Made by a program: the position numbers and the translations under genes | Shown: positions 1 to 10,283 of the stretch, piece by piece | Numbering within the stretch: the stretch's first letter is position 1 | Layout: every line of letters begins with the position of its first letter | From: Promethearchaeia archaeon | GTDB lineage: Archaea > Asgardarchaeota > Lokiarchaeia > Sigyniarchaeales > SOKP01 | Assembly: GCA_046497275.1 (NCBI GenBank) | Contig: JAWOFX010000019.1 | Location: 69,552 to 101,551 of the forward strand | Reading direction: 5' to 3' | DNA length: 32,000 nt | The notes under the pieces: generated by a model | What the model was told of the DNA's origin: nothing | What the model saw: the letters and a program-made list of their open reading frames with translations, nothing else | The model's database searches: none

Positions 1-2
1 AA

Positions 3-440
3 ACCTGGTATTTGATCGGGAGCTTCTGGTACTGTTGGAGAGCCCGGATTTAATAATAATACATTGAATCTAGTTCCTTTTATCACTGGTTTATGAGTAT
101 GACCATATATCAAAATTCCCCCAGTTAATTTCCTTTCGTCACAAAACTTTTCTAAATCTTCAGGTAATTTATGAATGATTCCTATCGGATTTGGAAATTC
201 TTTGGTTGAGAAAAATAAGAATGGATTTGAATTTTCACCCTTATCGCACTCGCCGGCAACTTGCTTAACAGGTGCTATTAGTTTCAGTTTCTCTATTATT
301 TTTTTAGAACCTATATCTCCCGCATGAATTATCAAATCAACATCTTGAAAAATGTTTTCAACTTCTTCTAGAAAAGCGTTTATCTCTTTTTCATTTAAAT
401 TCTCTGTATGTGTGTCTGAAATTATTCCATATTTAACCAT
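3..440 (-). CDS. Calcineurin-like metallophosphoesterase, YfcE/MJ0936/Vps29 family (partial, runs off the window start)
   Basis: Not in the ORF track; translated by hand from ATG at 440: MVKYGIISDTH...IIHAGDIG...VAGECD...GIIHK...IYGHTHKP...LLNPGSPT. All family motifs are in order; the usual GN[C/H]D reads GECD. Lies 12 nt downstream of the CPBP stop on the same strand. Confidence 0.9.
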   Translation of the reverse strand, partial: MVKYGIISDTHTENLNEKEINAFLEEVENIFQDVDLIIHAGDIGSKKIIEKLKLIAPVKQVAGECDKGENSNPFLFFSTKEFPNPIGIIHKLPEDLEKFCDERKLTGGILIYGHTHKPVIKGTRFNVLLLNPGSPTVPEAPDQIPG

Positions 441-452
441 GTCATTTAAACT

Positions 453-1520
453 CTATATTGGAATTAAAAAGAAACCTAAAATAAATATAAGTAAGCCAAT
501 AAATATATCTATTAATATACGGAGATATTTGTCGGATGTTGATTCTTCAATTTTTTTATTATTTTTGAAGTATTTTCTAAACTCTCGTAAACCAATGCGC
601 ACAGCAGATTTAATTTCTGAAAATTGCCATATAAATAAAACGATACTAATGATTAGTAAAGGAATGTAAAGATAGAGTGAAAATGGGATAAAAGGGTTTG
701 GATGATTCCATAACACATGCGCAGAAATGATATTATTAAATGCATGGGCGAAGATCAACGGAAAGATCCATTTTTTTCTTAAGATTAATAATGCCAAAAT
801 TATAGCCACGAGAAAGGTTTGTGTAAACCAGACCAGAGGATACCATAAGGGATAATTGGCGCTTATCGGGTTAAAAAAGTATGCAAAATGCCCCAACCCA
901 AAATAAAGAGAGGAAATAATAACAGCAGAATTTTTTTGAAAAAAATCGCTCCCTCTCTTTGCAATAAAACCTCTTGCGAGAGTCTCTTCATATATTCCTA
1001 CAGAAATTTGGATCACTAAAACAGATAATAGAAATATTAAGTAATCTGGTTCTAATAAGTAATTATTTAAAGTGGTTTCATATGTCAAAGATTCTATAGT
1101 ATAATCAATAGTCCCGGGTAATAAAAGATAAATAATAAAATCTAAAGGAATAAATAAAATGAATAAAATGAGAATACCGTATAACAGTTGATATTTGAAA
1201 TTTGAAGTAGTTAAGCGATATAATTTCAGATGGCTTTTTGCAGGATTTATATCTTCTTCTAATATTACTTTCCTTTTTTGCCATTCGAGAATGAAATTTG
1301 TGAGTAATAAAAATATTGGAATTGCAAGAAAATATGTGATGGCTTTTAAAAGAAAATAAAGAGGACCATAATAAACAGAATTCTCATCTACTAATTCTGG
1401 TAGAAGCAACCGAGGCATCAGACTAAATAAAAATATTCCTATAAATACTAAGATAACCTCAATAAAAAAACGACCTCGATCTCTGAATATTTTTTTTCTT
1501 GGTTTTTCATTAATACTCAT
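453..1520 (-). CDS. CPBP-family (Abi/CAAX, Rce1-like) intramembrane glutamic protease
   Basis: Multiple TM segments with motifs YEETLARG (EExxxR), FGLGH (FxxxH) and HAFNN (HxxxN). Confidence 0.88.
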   Translation of the reverse strand: MSINEKPRKKIFRDRGRFFIEVILVFIGIFLFSLMPRLLLPELVDENSVYYGPLYFLLKAITYFLAIPIFLLLTNFILEWQKRKVILEEDINPAKSHLKLYRLTTSNFKYQLLYGILILFILFIPLDFIIYLLLPGTIDYTIESLTYETTLNNYLLEPDYLIFLLSVLVIQISVGIYEETLARGFIAKRGSDFFQKNSAVIISSLYFGLGHFAYFFNPISANYPLWYPLVWFTQTFLVAIILALLILRKKWIFPLIFAHAFNNIISAHVLWNHPNPFIPFSLYLYIPLLIISIVLFIWQFSEIKSAVRIGLREFRKYFKNNKKIEESTSDKYLRILIDIFIGLLIFILGFFLIPI

Positions 1521-1571
1521 TATGCAAATCTCCTTTCTTATAGTAATTTGAAGAGTAATAAATTAGAAATT

Positions 1572-2546
1572 TTAAATTTTGTTGTTTAGAATCTTTTCAA
1601 AATTCTTAACTAAGGCAAGATCGGGAATCCCGTATCGAGCACCTAGATGTTGGATACAATTCGCAGCAACAAAATTTCCGATTTTAACACATTTGATTAA
1701 ATGATCAAATTCTATAGTGGGATTTTTAGAGAATTTATATATAAAACCTGCAGAAAACGCATCTCCTGCCCCAGTAGTATCCACAACATTCTCTACTTTA
1801 GTTGATGTGATGAGTTCTGAATCTTCATTAGTAATTAAAACAGCACCCTTCTCTCCAAGCGTAGCAATTACAACTTTTATTCCTAATTCTAACAATTTTG
1901 ATGCATTATTTTTTACAATTGATTCATTTATGCCTGATTGGTCAATTTTTAATAATGTTTTAAACTCCCTTTGTGAAAGAATAAGAATATCTATTAGTCC
2001 CAAAATTTTTTTTATATTATCAAACCCTTGATCAACGATCAGCATACCAGGATTCAGTATAGTAGGGATATTATTCTTTTTTCCTATGTTCGCAGCTTTA
2101 ATAAAAGGTTCTAAATTTTTTAAACTACTTAAAAAAATTACTTTAGTTAATCTTAATTCATTTTCCAGAATATCTTCCTTGGATAAATAATTTGCTGCCC
2201 CACTATAAGCATAAATTCTTCTGTCACCCTTTTGATTTAAAGCTACATAAGCAGATCCAGTACCATGGTCCTTGGTATATTTTAATAGTTCAGTAGATAC
2301 GTTAACTTCTTTAAAATCGTCAATTATTTTAGAGCCAAAAATATCATTTAAGCCTAATTTTCCTAAAAATGCAGACTTCAAACCAATTTTTGCACAAGCA
2401 AAGGCAGAATTCGCTGCGGCACCTCCCGATAAAAGTATTAAATCTGAAACAAAAACCTCATCATCTTCTAATGGGTGCCTCTCAACCTTCGCCACCATAT
2501 CAACAAGGGCGGCACCTATACAAATAACATCAAATCTTTTTTTCAT
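1572..2546 (-). CDS. PfkB/ribokinase-family carbohydrate or nucleoside kinase
   Basis: N-terminal GGAAAN signature and C-terminal DTTGAGDAF anion-hole signature; 10 nt downstream of purM. Confidence 0.92.
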   Translation of the reverse strand: MKKRFDVICIGAALVDMVAKVERHPLEDDEVFVSDLILLSGGAAANSAFACAKIGLKSAFLGKLGLNDIFGSKIIDDFKEVNVSTELLKYTKDHGTGSAYVALNQKGDRRIYAYSGAANYLSKEDILENELRLTKVIFLSSLKNLEPFIKAANIGKKNNIPTILNPGMLIVDQGFDNIKKILGLIDILILSQREFKTLLKIDQSGINESIVKNNASKLLELGIKVVIATLGEKGAVLITNEDSELITSTKVENVVDTTGAGDAFSAGFIYKFSKNPTIEFDHLIKCVKIGNFVAANCIQHLGARYGIPDLALVKNFEKILNNKI

Positions 2547-2556
2547 GAATAATCAC

Positions 2557-3738
2557 TCAACTATACTCAAAAGATCCAAATTCTGACTTAATTTCTACCA
2601 TATTTTTCTCTTTTAATGGAGATCTTTCACATTGGCCTATAATTTTTGCTTCAATATCATACTTTTTTGCAACATTTATAAGATTTTTAGTAATGGATTC
2701 ATTACAGTAAAGTTCCATTCTATGACCCATATTAAATACAGAATACATTTCTTTCCATTGAGTTTCAGAAGAATTTTGAATAATTTCAAATATCTTTGGC
2801 AAGCGGAATAAATTGTTTTTTATATATTTAATTCCTTTTCCATAGTGAAGGTTTTTAGTTTGTCCACCCCCCGTATTATGGATTATTCCATGAATTTCTG
2901 ATCTATATTCCTTCAAAATATGTAATAATACAGGTGCGTAGGTTCTTGTAGGAGAGAGAAGAGCCTTACCTACTGTAAGTTTTAAGCCTTTTGGTTTATC
3001 AGTAAGTTTATGTTTGCCAAAAAATACTAATTTTTCTTCTATTTCCTTATTATAACATTCGGGATATTTTTCATAATATTCATGTGAGAGTGTACCATGT
3101 CTTGCTAAGGTTAAACCATTACTTCCAATTCCACTATTATACTCTTCTTCATAGCTTGCCTTTCCAGAGCTTGCTAACCCAACAATTACATCATCTGTTT
3201 TTATATTTTCTGTGTCGATAACATCTGTACGTTTCATGCTAGTGAAAATTGAAGCGTCTAACATGACAGTCTTAACTAAATCACCAACATCAGCAGTTTC
3301 TCCACCACACATTACCATCTTAACCCCTAAATTTGTTAATCTTTTACTATAATCATTATATTCTTTGATAATTGTTCCTATAATTTCTCCAGAAATAAAA
3401 TGACTATTTCTTCCAAGATTATTAGAAAGAAACATGGCTCCTGTTGCACCTACGCACAAAATATCATCAATGTTCATTACAATTGCATCTTTAACAACTC
3501 CTTTGAATATTGAAAGATCTCCTGTTTCTCTGTAATACATATACGCTAGACTTGATTTTGTTCCTGCTCCATCAGCATGAAATATAGAACAATAATCCTC
3601 TCTGCCATTCAAATCTTCTACAATCTTACAAAAGGCTCCAGGATATAATCCTTTATCTAAACTTTTTATGGCTTCATGAACCTCTTCCTTTTGGGAAGAG
3701 ACTCCTAATTTTGAATATATATTATCGTTTTCTGCCAT
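2557..3738 (-). CDS. purM: Phosphoribosylformylglycinamidine cyclo-ligase (AIR synthase), long Bacteroidota-like type
   Basis: Motifs ADGAGTKS, MNIDDILCVGA, GGETADVG, GIGSNGLTLARH, LLSPTRTY, IHNTGGG, VFNMGH; adjacent to purB. Confidence 0.92.
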   Translation of the reverse strand: MAENDNIYSKLGVSSQKEEVHEAIKSLDKGLYPGAFCKIVEDLNGREDYCSIFHADGAGTKSSLAYMYYRETGDLSIFKGVVKDAIVMNIDDILCVGATGAMFLSNNLGRNSHFISGEIIGTIIKEYNDYSKRLTNLGVKMVMCGGETADVGDLVKTVMLDASIFTSMKRTDVIDTENIKTDDVIVGLASSGKASYEEEYNSGIGSNGLTLARHGTLSHEYYEKYPECYNKEIEEKLVFFGKHKLTDKPKGLKLTVGKALLSPTRTYAPVLLHILKEYRSEIHGIIHNTGGGQTKNLHYGKGIKYIKNNLFRLPKIFEIIQNSSETQWKEMYSVFNMGHRMELYCNESITKNLINVAKKYDIEAKIIGQCERSPLKEKNMVEIKSEFGSFEYS

Positions 3739-3745
3739 CCTAATA

Positions 3746-5104
3746 CTATAATTTATATTTCTGTTTTAAATTTTTAACGAGATTTTCTACTTGCTTTTTA
3801 GCTTTGCCAATATATTTATGAGGATCAAATAATTCTTCCATTTCCTCTTTAGTGAATTTATTTATAATATCTTCCTCTTCCATAAGAATATCTTTCATGA
3901 ATCTATCTTCATTTCGAGCTTTAATTGCGGCTTGACGTAGTAATTCATGAGCATCTTGTCTTCCTATGCCCCGCTTAACCAATGAGACCATAACTTTTTC
4001 AGCTAAACATGCCCCTTTTGTAAGGTTGAGATTTTTTTTAACATTTTCTTCATTGAAAACTAATCCTTTAATATTTTTTGTTAATTCTTTGATCATAAAA
4101 TCTAAAAAGATAAAATTTTCTGGAAACAATACCCTTTCATTTGCGGAATTTGTTAAATCTCTTTCATTCTCTAATATTATATTATCTAACCCCACAATAA
4201 CATTTGACTTTAAAATCCTCGCCAAGCTGCATATTCTCTCCGATTTATGAGGGTTTCTTTTGTGGGGCATTGTTGAACTCCCTACTTGTTTTTCTTTAAA
4301 TGGTTCAAACATCTCTGCAATTTCGTTTCTTTGTAATATTCTATTTTCCCTTGCTATTTTAGCTAAAGATTGACCAATTAAGGCAGTTAAAATAATAACC
4401 TCTGCATGCCTATCTCTCTGTACAATTTGATTTGCTATTTTTACTGGTTTGAGATCAAGTTTTTCCATCACCATGTTTTGAATCTTAATTCCTTCTTCCC
4501 CAAAACTTGCCATAGTTCCTACAGCACCAGACATTTTCCCATAGGATATTCTTTCTCTTATTTGATGTAACCTATTGATATGCCGATCTATTTCATATGC
4601 CCAAACCCCAAACTTCATTCCATAGGTTGTTGGTATCGCATGTTGACCATGTGTGCGCCCAATGCAAACTAACTCCTTTTTATTTTCTGCTACTATTATT
4701 AATTCTTTTAAAAGTATTTTTAGGGAATTCTCAATATAATTCAAGGCAGCTCTTAATTGTAAAGCGGTTGCAGTATCTTCAATATCATAACTCGTGGCTC
4801 CTAAGTGAATATATTTCCCCGCATCACCCTCGCATTGCTCAGCTAGAGCTTTCACCATCGCCATTAAATCATGATGTATTTCTTTATCAATTGCTTTAAC
4901 TCTTTCAACTTTTACAAAATCTAGATTTGCTTTTTTATCTATTTCCTTAGCAGCATCTATTGGTATATTCCCTAACTCTGCATGAACTTTTGCTAAAACA
5001 GCTTCAACTTTTAACCAATTTTCTAATTTTTGATCTTCTGTAAAAAGATCTGCGATTTTGGTTCGATATCTTGTTTCAATGGGATGGATAAATTTATGAT
5101 TCAT
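3746..5104 (-). CDS. purB: Adenylosuccinate lyase
   Basis: Fumarate-lyase signature GSSTMPHKRNP, plus HLGATSYDI, GRTHGQHA and SGAVGT; 7-nt gap to purM. Confidence 0.96.
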   Translation of the reverse strand: MNHKFIHPIETRYRTKIADLFTEDQKLENWLKVEAVLAKVHAELGNIPIDAAKEIDKKANLDFVKVERVKAIDKEIHHDLMAMVKALAEQCEGDAGKYIHLGATSYDIEDTATALQLRAALNYIENSLKILLKELIIVAENKKELVCIGRTHGQHAIPTTYGMKFGVWAYEIDRHINRLHQIRERISYGKMSGAVGTMASFGEEGIKIQNMVMEKLDLKPVKIANQIVQRDRHAEVIILTALIGQSLAKIARENRILQRNEIAEMFEPFKEKQVGSSTMPHKRNPHKSERICSLARILKSNVIVGLDNIILENERDLTNSANERVLFPENFIFLDFMIKELTKNIKGLVFNEENVKKNLNLTKGACLAEKVMVSLVKRGIGRQDAHELLRQAAIKARNEDRFMKDILMEEEDIINKFTKEEMEELFDPHKYIGKAKKQVENLVKNLKQKYKL

Positions 5105-5265
5105 TATATTTATTAAAAAGAATTATTCAAAAATATATTTTTTAGTGGAAGAAAAAAGATCTTATTAATGTGGAATCAAAATATTAGATTTAAATTATAT
5201 AATAAGAAATTAGTAATTTAATTCTCTGTTTTCTTTTTAGAAAGAGTATTTCTTATTTTTAAAAA

Positions 5266-5526
5266 ATGGATAATATAAAGAAATTCTATTTTTTTAGATG
5301 TTATCATTGTGGAGAATGGTATTATTCATCAAAGAGAATAAAAATAAAAAAATGTTGGAAATGTAATAAATCATTTAAGTTTAAAAACGCAAAAAAATTC
5401 TCAAAAGAATGTTCAACAAGGGAAGCCATTGAAATAATTAAATTATTAAAAGAAAAAGATATTAAAAAAGAACTCCAGACTCATACAGGGAAGAAATTTC
5501 TCAATTTTGCTAAATTTGATTTATAA
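5266..5526 (+). CDS. Small zinc-ribbon protein (DUF1922-like)
   Basis: Two CxxC pairs (CYHC, CWKC) followed by a short helix, matching the recalled layout of archaeal DUF1922 proteins; 86 aa. Confidence 0.6.
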   Translation: MDNIKKFYFFRCYHCGEWYYSSKRIKIKKCWKCNKSFKFKNAKKFSKECSTREAIEIIKLLKEKDIKKELQTHTGKKFLNFAKFDL

Positions 5527-5601
5527 GAACAAAATTTTTAAACTATTTTTCTAAGAATTTTTTAAGGATTTGTAAATAATACAACTATAACTTACTTTAT
5601 A

Positions 5602-7059
5602 ATGGCGAATTATGTGGAGTTACCAGAAGAGTTAAAAATATTTGACGATAATCTTATTCGTAAACTCAATAAAGCAGCAGCAGATAAAATTGATTATTGG
5701 GATATAAGAGTCGGAATAAAAACCGGTTCCTCAATAGAATTTACAGACCTAAAAAGTCGAGAAATCTCTTCTTTTGAAACCTCCAAATGTGGTATTAGGA
5801 CTTTTTATAATGGAGGTTGGGGTTTTCTTGTCTTAGAAGATTTAACAAGAGAATATGTTGAAAATAATTTTAACAAAGCTGTTAAACTGGCAAGATTATC
5901 AGAGTCACTTAATAAACGTAAGTTTAAGATTAATGAAAAAAATCCCCTAGAAAAAAGTTTCAAACTAAATTCTAAGAAACCTTTAGAAGATATGGATATT
6001 TCTGAAAAAATTGAAATAGTCAAAAAACATGAACAGATTGCAAATGAATTTAGTAAGTTCATTAATAATACACATACATTATATTTTGATGGTAAGGGGG
6101 TAAATCTCTACATAGATTCATGTGGATCAATGATTAATCAAAAACTTTCGATATTACGAATGTTTTCAGCTGTTTTTGCCCAGAAAAATGGAATTATTCA
6201 AAGAGGATTTAACTCTATTGGAGGATTAGGTGGGTTAGAAATACTTGAAACTCCGAAAGCAGAAAATCTAAGTAAAAAATCGGCGGAAGATGCGGTGAAT
6301 CTTTTGGATGCAGAATCTCCAGTCGGCGGTAAATTTACTGTAATTATGGATCCGAGTTTAACGGGAACTTTTATTCATGAGGCTTTTGGACATGCTTGTG
6401 AAGCAGATTTAGTACTAAACAAAGAAAGTATCTTAGAAGGAAAAATTGGGGATAAAGTCGCAGCAGAAAATATTACCGTAATAGACGATCCACGAATGGG
6501 CAAAGGAAAGGACGCAAAATTACCATATGAATTATACGGTTCCTATTTTATCGATGATGAGGGCATCCCTTCCCAAAAAACAACTATAATAGAAAACGGG
6601 ATCTTTAAAAATTATTTACACAATCTAGAAACGGCCTCAAGAATGGGGTATGAACCAAATGGACATGGTAGAGCATCATCTAATACAAATAAGCCGCAAG
6701 TACGAATGGGTGTTACTATATTAGAACCAGGAAATTGGACTTTAGAAGAGATGATCTCAGAAACTAAAAATGGGGTTCTTTGCGAAGATTTCAATTATGG
6801 ATATACGGATCCTACAACAGGGAATTTTCAATTTAAAGCAAAATTATCTTATAAAATTGAGGACGGCAAAAAGAAAGAATTAATGAGGGATGTATCGCTT
6901 TCAGGGATGACCCTTGAAGTGTTAAATAGAATAAACGCCATTAGTAAGGATCTAAAATTCTCAGATGGGAATTGTGGAAAAGGTGGGCAGAGTGTTCGAG
7001 TTTCAGATGGTGGACCTTATATTAGAGTTGATAATATTGTTGTTGGAGGTTTAAAATAA
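5602..7059 (+). CDS. tldD: TldD metalloprotease (catalytic subunit of TldD/PmbA)
   Basis: HExxGH motif (IHEAFGHACEAD), YFIDDEG, GHGRA, PQVRM and C-terminal Cys ligand in GNCGKGGQ...GGP. Confidence 0.93.
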   Translation: MANYVELPEELKIFDDNLIRKLNKAAADKIDYWDIRVGIKTGSSIEFTDLKSREISSFETSKCGIRTFYNGGWGFLVLEDLTREYVENNFNKAVKLARLSESLNKRKFKINEKNPLEKSFKLNSKKPLEDMDISEKIEIVKKHEQIANEFSKFINNTHTLYFDGKGVNLYIDSCGSMINQKLSILRMFSAVFAQKNGIIQRGFNSIGGLGGLEILETPKAENLSKKSAEDAVNLLDAESPVGGKFTVIMDPSLTGTFIHEAFGHACEADLVLNKESILEGKIGDKVAAENITVIDDPRMGKGKDAKLPYELYGSYFIDDEGIPSQKTTIIENGIFKNYLHNLETASRMGYEPNGHGRASSNTNKPQVRMGVTILEPGNWTLEEMISETKNGVLCEDFNYGYTDPTTGNFQFKAKLSYKIEDGKKKELMRDVSLSGMTLEVLNRINAISKDLKFSDGNCGKGGQSVRVSDGGPYIRVDNIVVGGLK

Positions 7060-8438
7060 TGGAAAAATATACAGATGTAGATTTTCATAGAATCTCTGAA
7101 AAATTATTAACTAACCTTGAAAGGATGAACAGCCATGTGAAATGCGCGGAAATTTATGTTGACCTTAATCAATATATCAATATTGAAATCGAAGAGAATT
7201 CAATTAAAAATAGTGAAATAGGGATGGAAAATGGAATTTCTGTTAGGGTTTTTGATAAGAGAGGTTCTCTCGGATTTTCCTTTACAAATCGATTTCAAGA
7301 AAGTTCCTTAGATCATATGGTCAAAAATTCCTTAAAAATGATGGAAGTTGGTACTCCAGATTCTGATTTTAAAAATATACCTGGAGAATATAAAAATTAT
7401 CCTAAAGTACAAGCACTTTATAATGAAAATATAAAAGAATTGAGCATAGAAGAAGCTTCTGATTATATTAAGGATTTAATTAAAGTTTGTGAAGATGATG
7501 AGATGGCAATTTCACAATCTGCAAATTTAAAAGCAAATTATTCTAAAACTTATATATTTAATTCTAATGGGTTAGAGATTTCTGGTAAAAAAACTATTGC
7601 TTCAATCTCATCAACAATTATTGCAAAAGATAAGGAAACTAACGAAACGTCATCGGGGTTTGAAACACAATCAGTTAGAAATTTAAATGAACTTGACGCT
7701 ATAGAAACTGCTTCAAATGCATTAAAGGATGCGAAACAGAATTTAAATAGAAAGAAAATTAAAAATATGAGTGTCCCAGTCATTTTAACTCCTAAAGGGG
7801 TGATTAATTTAATTTTAAGGCCTTTATCTTCGGCAATCAATGCTGAAACGTTTCAATATAAACGAAGTTTTTTAGTAGGAAAGAAGGGAAGTAAAATTGG
7901 ATCTGAATTGCTGAATATCGAGGATAATGCATTAATCGATGGCGCGTCTGGCTCTGCTATATTTGATGATGAAGGTGTTCCATGTAGAAATAAGAAAATT
8001 ATTGAAAAAGGAAGATTTCTTGAAGAAAGTTTATTGCATAATAGTTATACAGCAGCTAAAGCAGGAGTTGAAAGTACGGGTAACGCAGTCCGCTCATCGT
8101 ATAGCTCAACCCCATCAATAAGTTCAACTAATTTTATAATGAAAACTGGGGATAGATCTAAAGATGAAATTATAAAAGAAGTTAAAAATGGCATCCTTTT
8201 TGATTATACAGGTGATTCTCCTAATATTTCAACTGGAGACTTTTCTGGATTAATTTTGCATGGTAATTTAATAAGAAATGGTGAAATTACACACTCTCTA
8301 AATGAAACTATGTTTGGAATAAATCTAATAGATCTGTTTAACAAAATTTCTGCCGTTTCAAAAGAATATAAAAAATATGGATCCTATTGGGCACCCTATG
8401 TAAAAATAGAGAATATACCTATAATAGGCTCCGCATAA
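7059..8438 (+). CDS. pmbA: PmbA/TldE non-catalytic partner
   Basis: TldD/PmbA-family motifs (FDDEGVP, STGNA, TGDFSG) without HExxxH; stop and start overlap tldD (TAATG), suggesting translational coupling. Confidence 0.9.
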   Translation: MEKYTDVDFHRISEKLLTNLERMNSHVKCAEIYVDLNQYINIEIEENSIKNSEIGMENGISVRVFDKRGSLGFSFTNRFQESSLDHMVKNSLKMMEVGTPDSDFKNIPGEYKNYPKVQALYNENIKELSIEEASDYIKDLIKVCEDDEMAISQSANLKANYSKTYIFNSNGLEISGKKTIASISSTIIAKDKETNETSSGFETQSVRNLNELDAIETASNALKDAKQNLNRKKIKNMSVPVILTPKGVINLILRPLSSAINAETFQYKRSFLVGKKGSKIGSELLNIEDNALIDGASGSAIFDDEGVPCRNKKIIEKGRFLEESLLHNSYTAAKAGVESTGNAVRSSYSSTPSISSTNFIMKTGDRSKDEIIKEVKNGILFDYTGDSPNISTGDFSGLILHGNLIRNGEITHSLNETMFGINLIDLFNKISAVSKEYKKYGSYWAPYVKIENIPIIGSA

Positions 8439-8472
8439 TTAATTCTAAAGAAATATTCTTCAAAAATCCAAT

Positions 8473-8982
8473 CTATAATACTTCTATTCTTAAGTATACA
8501 ATATTTATAAATAATTCTCCAGAAGCAGTATTTTCAAATAATTGAGCTATTAATGTTCTATTTCCTCCTGTGTAAAACGAAATAGTTAATTTTTCAGAGA
8601 TCCAATCTTCATTATGCTGTAAAGTGATATTTGAAATTGAAAAATTCAATTCAGCATTCACCGCTCCATTTAGTCCTAATATTGTATTATTATCTCCTTT
8701 CGAAATATTTACATTAAAAGTGACTTCTCTTTCTAAATAATTACCTATTCCGACATAAAAGGAAATATTCTCTCCGATAGTTGCGTTTGTAGGATAATCT
8801 TCCATTTTTTTATCTTCATTTAAAATAAAAACCGTAGTGAAAGGTGGTTCTGGATTAACGACGTAGTATATAATAAAACCCGAAATTATGAGGATTCCGG
8901 CAATTAAGCAGATAGTTATTATCTTATCGAAATGCTCAAAACTTTCCTTTAATTTTCTACTATTATTATCGTTATCACTCAT
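8473..8982 (-). CDS. DUF1616-like membrane-anchored protein
   Basis: Single N-terminal TM helix followed by EPPFTTVFIL...YPTNATIGENISFYVGIGNY, as in archaeal DUF1616; start overlaps the end of the SDR gene by 8 nt. Confidence 0.65.
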   Translation of the reverse strand: MSDNDNNSRKLKESFEHFDKIITICLIAGILIISGFIIYYVVNPEPPFTTVFILNEDKKMEDYPTNATIGENISFYVGIGNYLEREVTFNVNISKGDNNTILGLNGAVNAELNFSISNITLQHNEDWISEKLTISFYTGGNRTLIAQLFENTASGELFINIVYLRIEVL

Positions 8983-10042
8983 TTTCTATATCCCTAAACC
9001 ACGCGATTGTTTTTTTTAAACCCTCTCTTAAGGGAGTTGTAGGTTTCCAATTCAATAAATTTTTAGCTTTTGTCAAATCAGGACATCTTCTTTCAGGATC
9101 ATCTATTGGAAGAGGTTTAAAAACTATTTCTGAATTAGAATCAGTTAATTCTACAATAATCTCCGCCAGTTCTAATATAGTATATTCTTTGTCATTTCCT
9201 AAATTTATAACTTCACCAATAGCTTCGTCTTTCCGAACCATTTTTAAAATTCCCTCAATTTCATCGGTGACATATGTAAACGAACGAGTTTGCGAACCAT
9301 CTCCAAAAACTGTGATATTTAAATCATTTAATGCTTGATGGATGAAATTTGGAATAACTCGACCAAATTCCGGACCATATCGGATTCTTGGACCCGAAGT
9401 ATTGAAAATACGAACTATCTTCGCACGCATATTATGTTGAAGTTCATATGCTTTAATAAAAGCCTCCCCCGCTCTTTTAGACTCATCGTAGCAACTTCGT
9501 GGACCTACTGGATTAACATGACCGAAATATTTCTCAGAGGTTGGAACAGCCTCATCTGGAGGATTTCCATACACCTCTGATGTGCTAGTGTAGAAAAATA
9601 AAGCATTATGAGCTTTAGCGATGCCTAAAGCATTCATAGTTCCTAAAGTGTTACTTTTTAAAATAGGAATAGGAAATTGACGAAATTCGAAGGGAGAGGC
9701 TCTGCTTGCCATATGCATAACAACATCAAGTTTTTTAATATCTCCAATGCATATCCCTTCAGGATGATTACTAAAACCAAAATAAATAGGTTTAGAAATA
9801 TCATGATTAATAAATCTAAAATTTGGATGATTTCTTAGATGTTTAATATTCTCAAATTTGCCAGAAGCGAAATTATCTAAACAAATACAATATGCACCCT
9901 GTCGTACTAAGACATCACAAACCCATGATCCTAAAAATCCAGCACCTCCAGTCACTAATATTTTAAGGTCCTTGAATGAAACATTATCATTCTCTAATCT
10001 TCTAATTATATCATTGATATCTTTTTCTATATCATAGTTCAT
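8975..10042 (-). CDS. uxs: UDP-glucuronate decarboxylase (UXS1-like extended SDR)
   Basis: GGAGFLGS NAD-binding motif, ASRASP, TSTSEVYG, catalytic RSCYDESKR (YxxxK), RIFNT, VFGDGSQTRSF, DDPERRCPD. Confidence 0.85.
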   Translation of the reverse strand: MNYDIEKDINDIIRRLENDNVSFKDLKILVTGGAGFLGSWVCDVLVRQGAYCICLDNFASGKFENIKHLRNHPNFRFINHDISKPIYFGFSNHPEGICIGDIKKLDVVMHMASRASPFEFRQFPIPILKSNTLGTMNALGIAKAHNALFFYTSTSEVYGNPPDEAVPTSEKYFGHVNPVGPRSCYDESKRAGEAFIKAYELQHNMRAKIVRIFNTSGPRIRYGPEFGRVIPNFIHQALNDLNITVFGDGSQTRSFTYVTDEIEGILKMVRKDEAIGEVINLGNDKEYTILELAEIIVELTDSNSEIVFKPLPIDDPERRCPDLTKAKNLLNWKPTTPLREGLKKTIAWFRDIENE

Positions 10043-10283
10043 ATTTTATCCAATTCTAAAAAATATTTAATTCTATATTATCTTTTTTAGTTAGATCCTC
10101 TTTCTAAAATTTTTAAAATTAGTTGTTTCCTAGATCTATTATAATTTTTTTATATGGAATGAAGTTTAAAGGTTACCATATTCTAAAGAAACGCAGAGAA
10201 TAAATAAGAATACTAATATTTTCGCTAATCAGTCTAAGATAGAAAATATTATTATTCTAATAAAAAGGATGATATTATAGAAA

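Noticed and set aside
5266-8438. TldD/PmbA as part of a RiPP cluster with the small upstream ORF as precursor
   Set aside because: The small ORF is a zinc-ribbon protein, no YcaO or other modifying enzymes are nearby, and stand-alone tldD-pmbA pairs are common in archaea.
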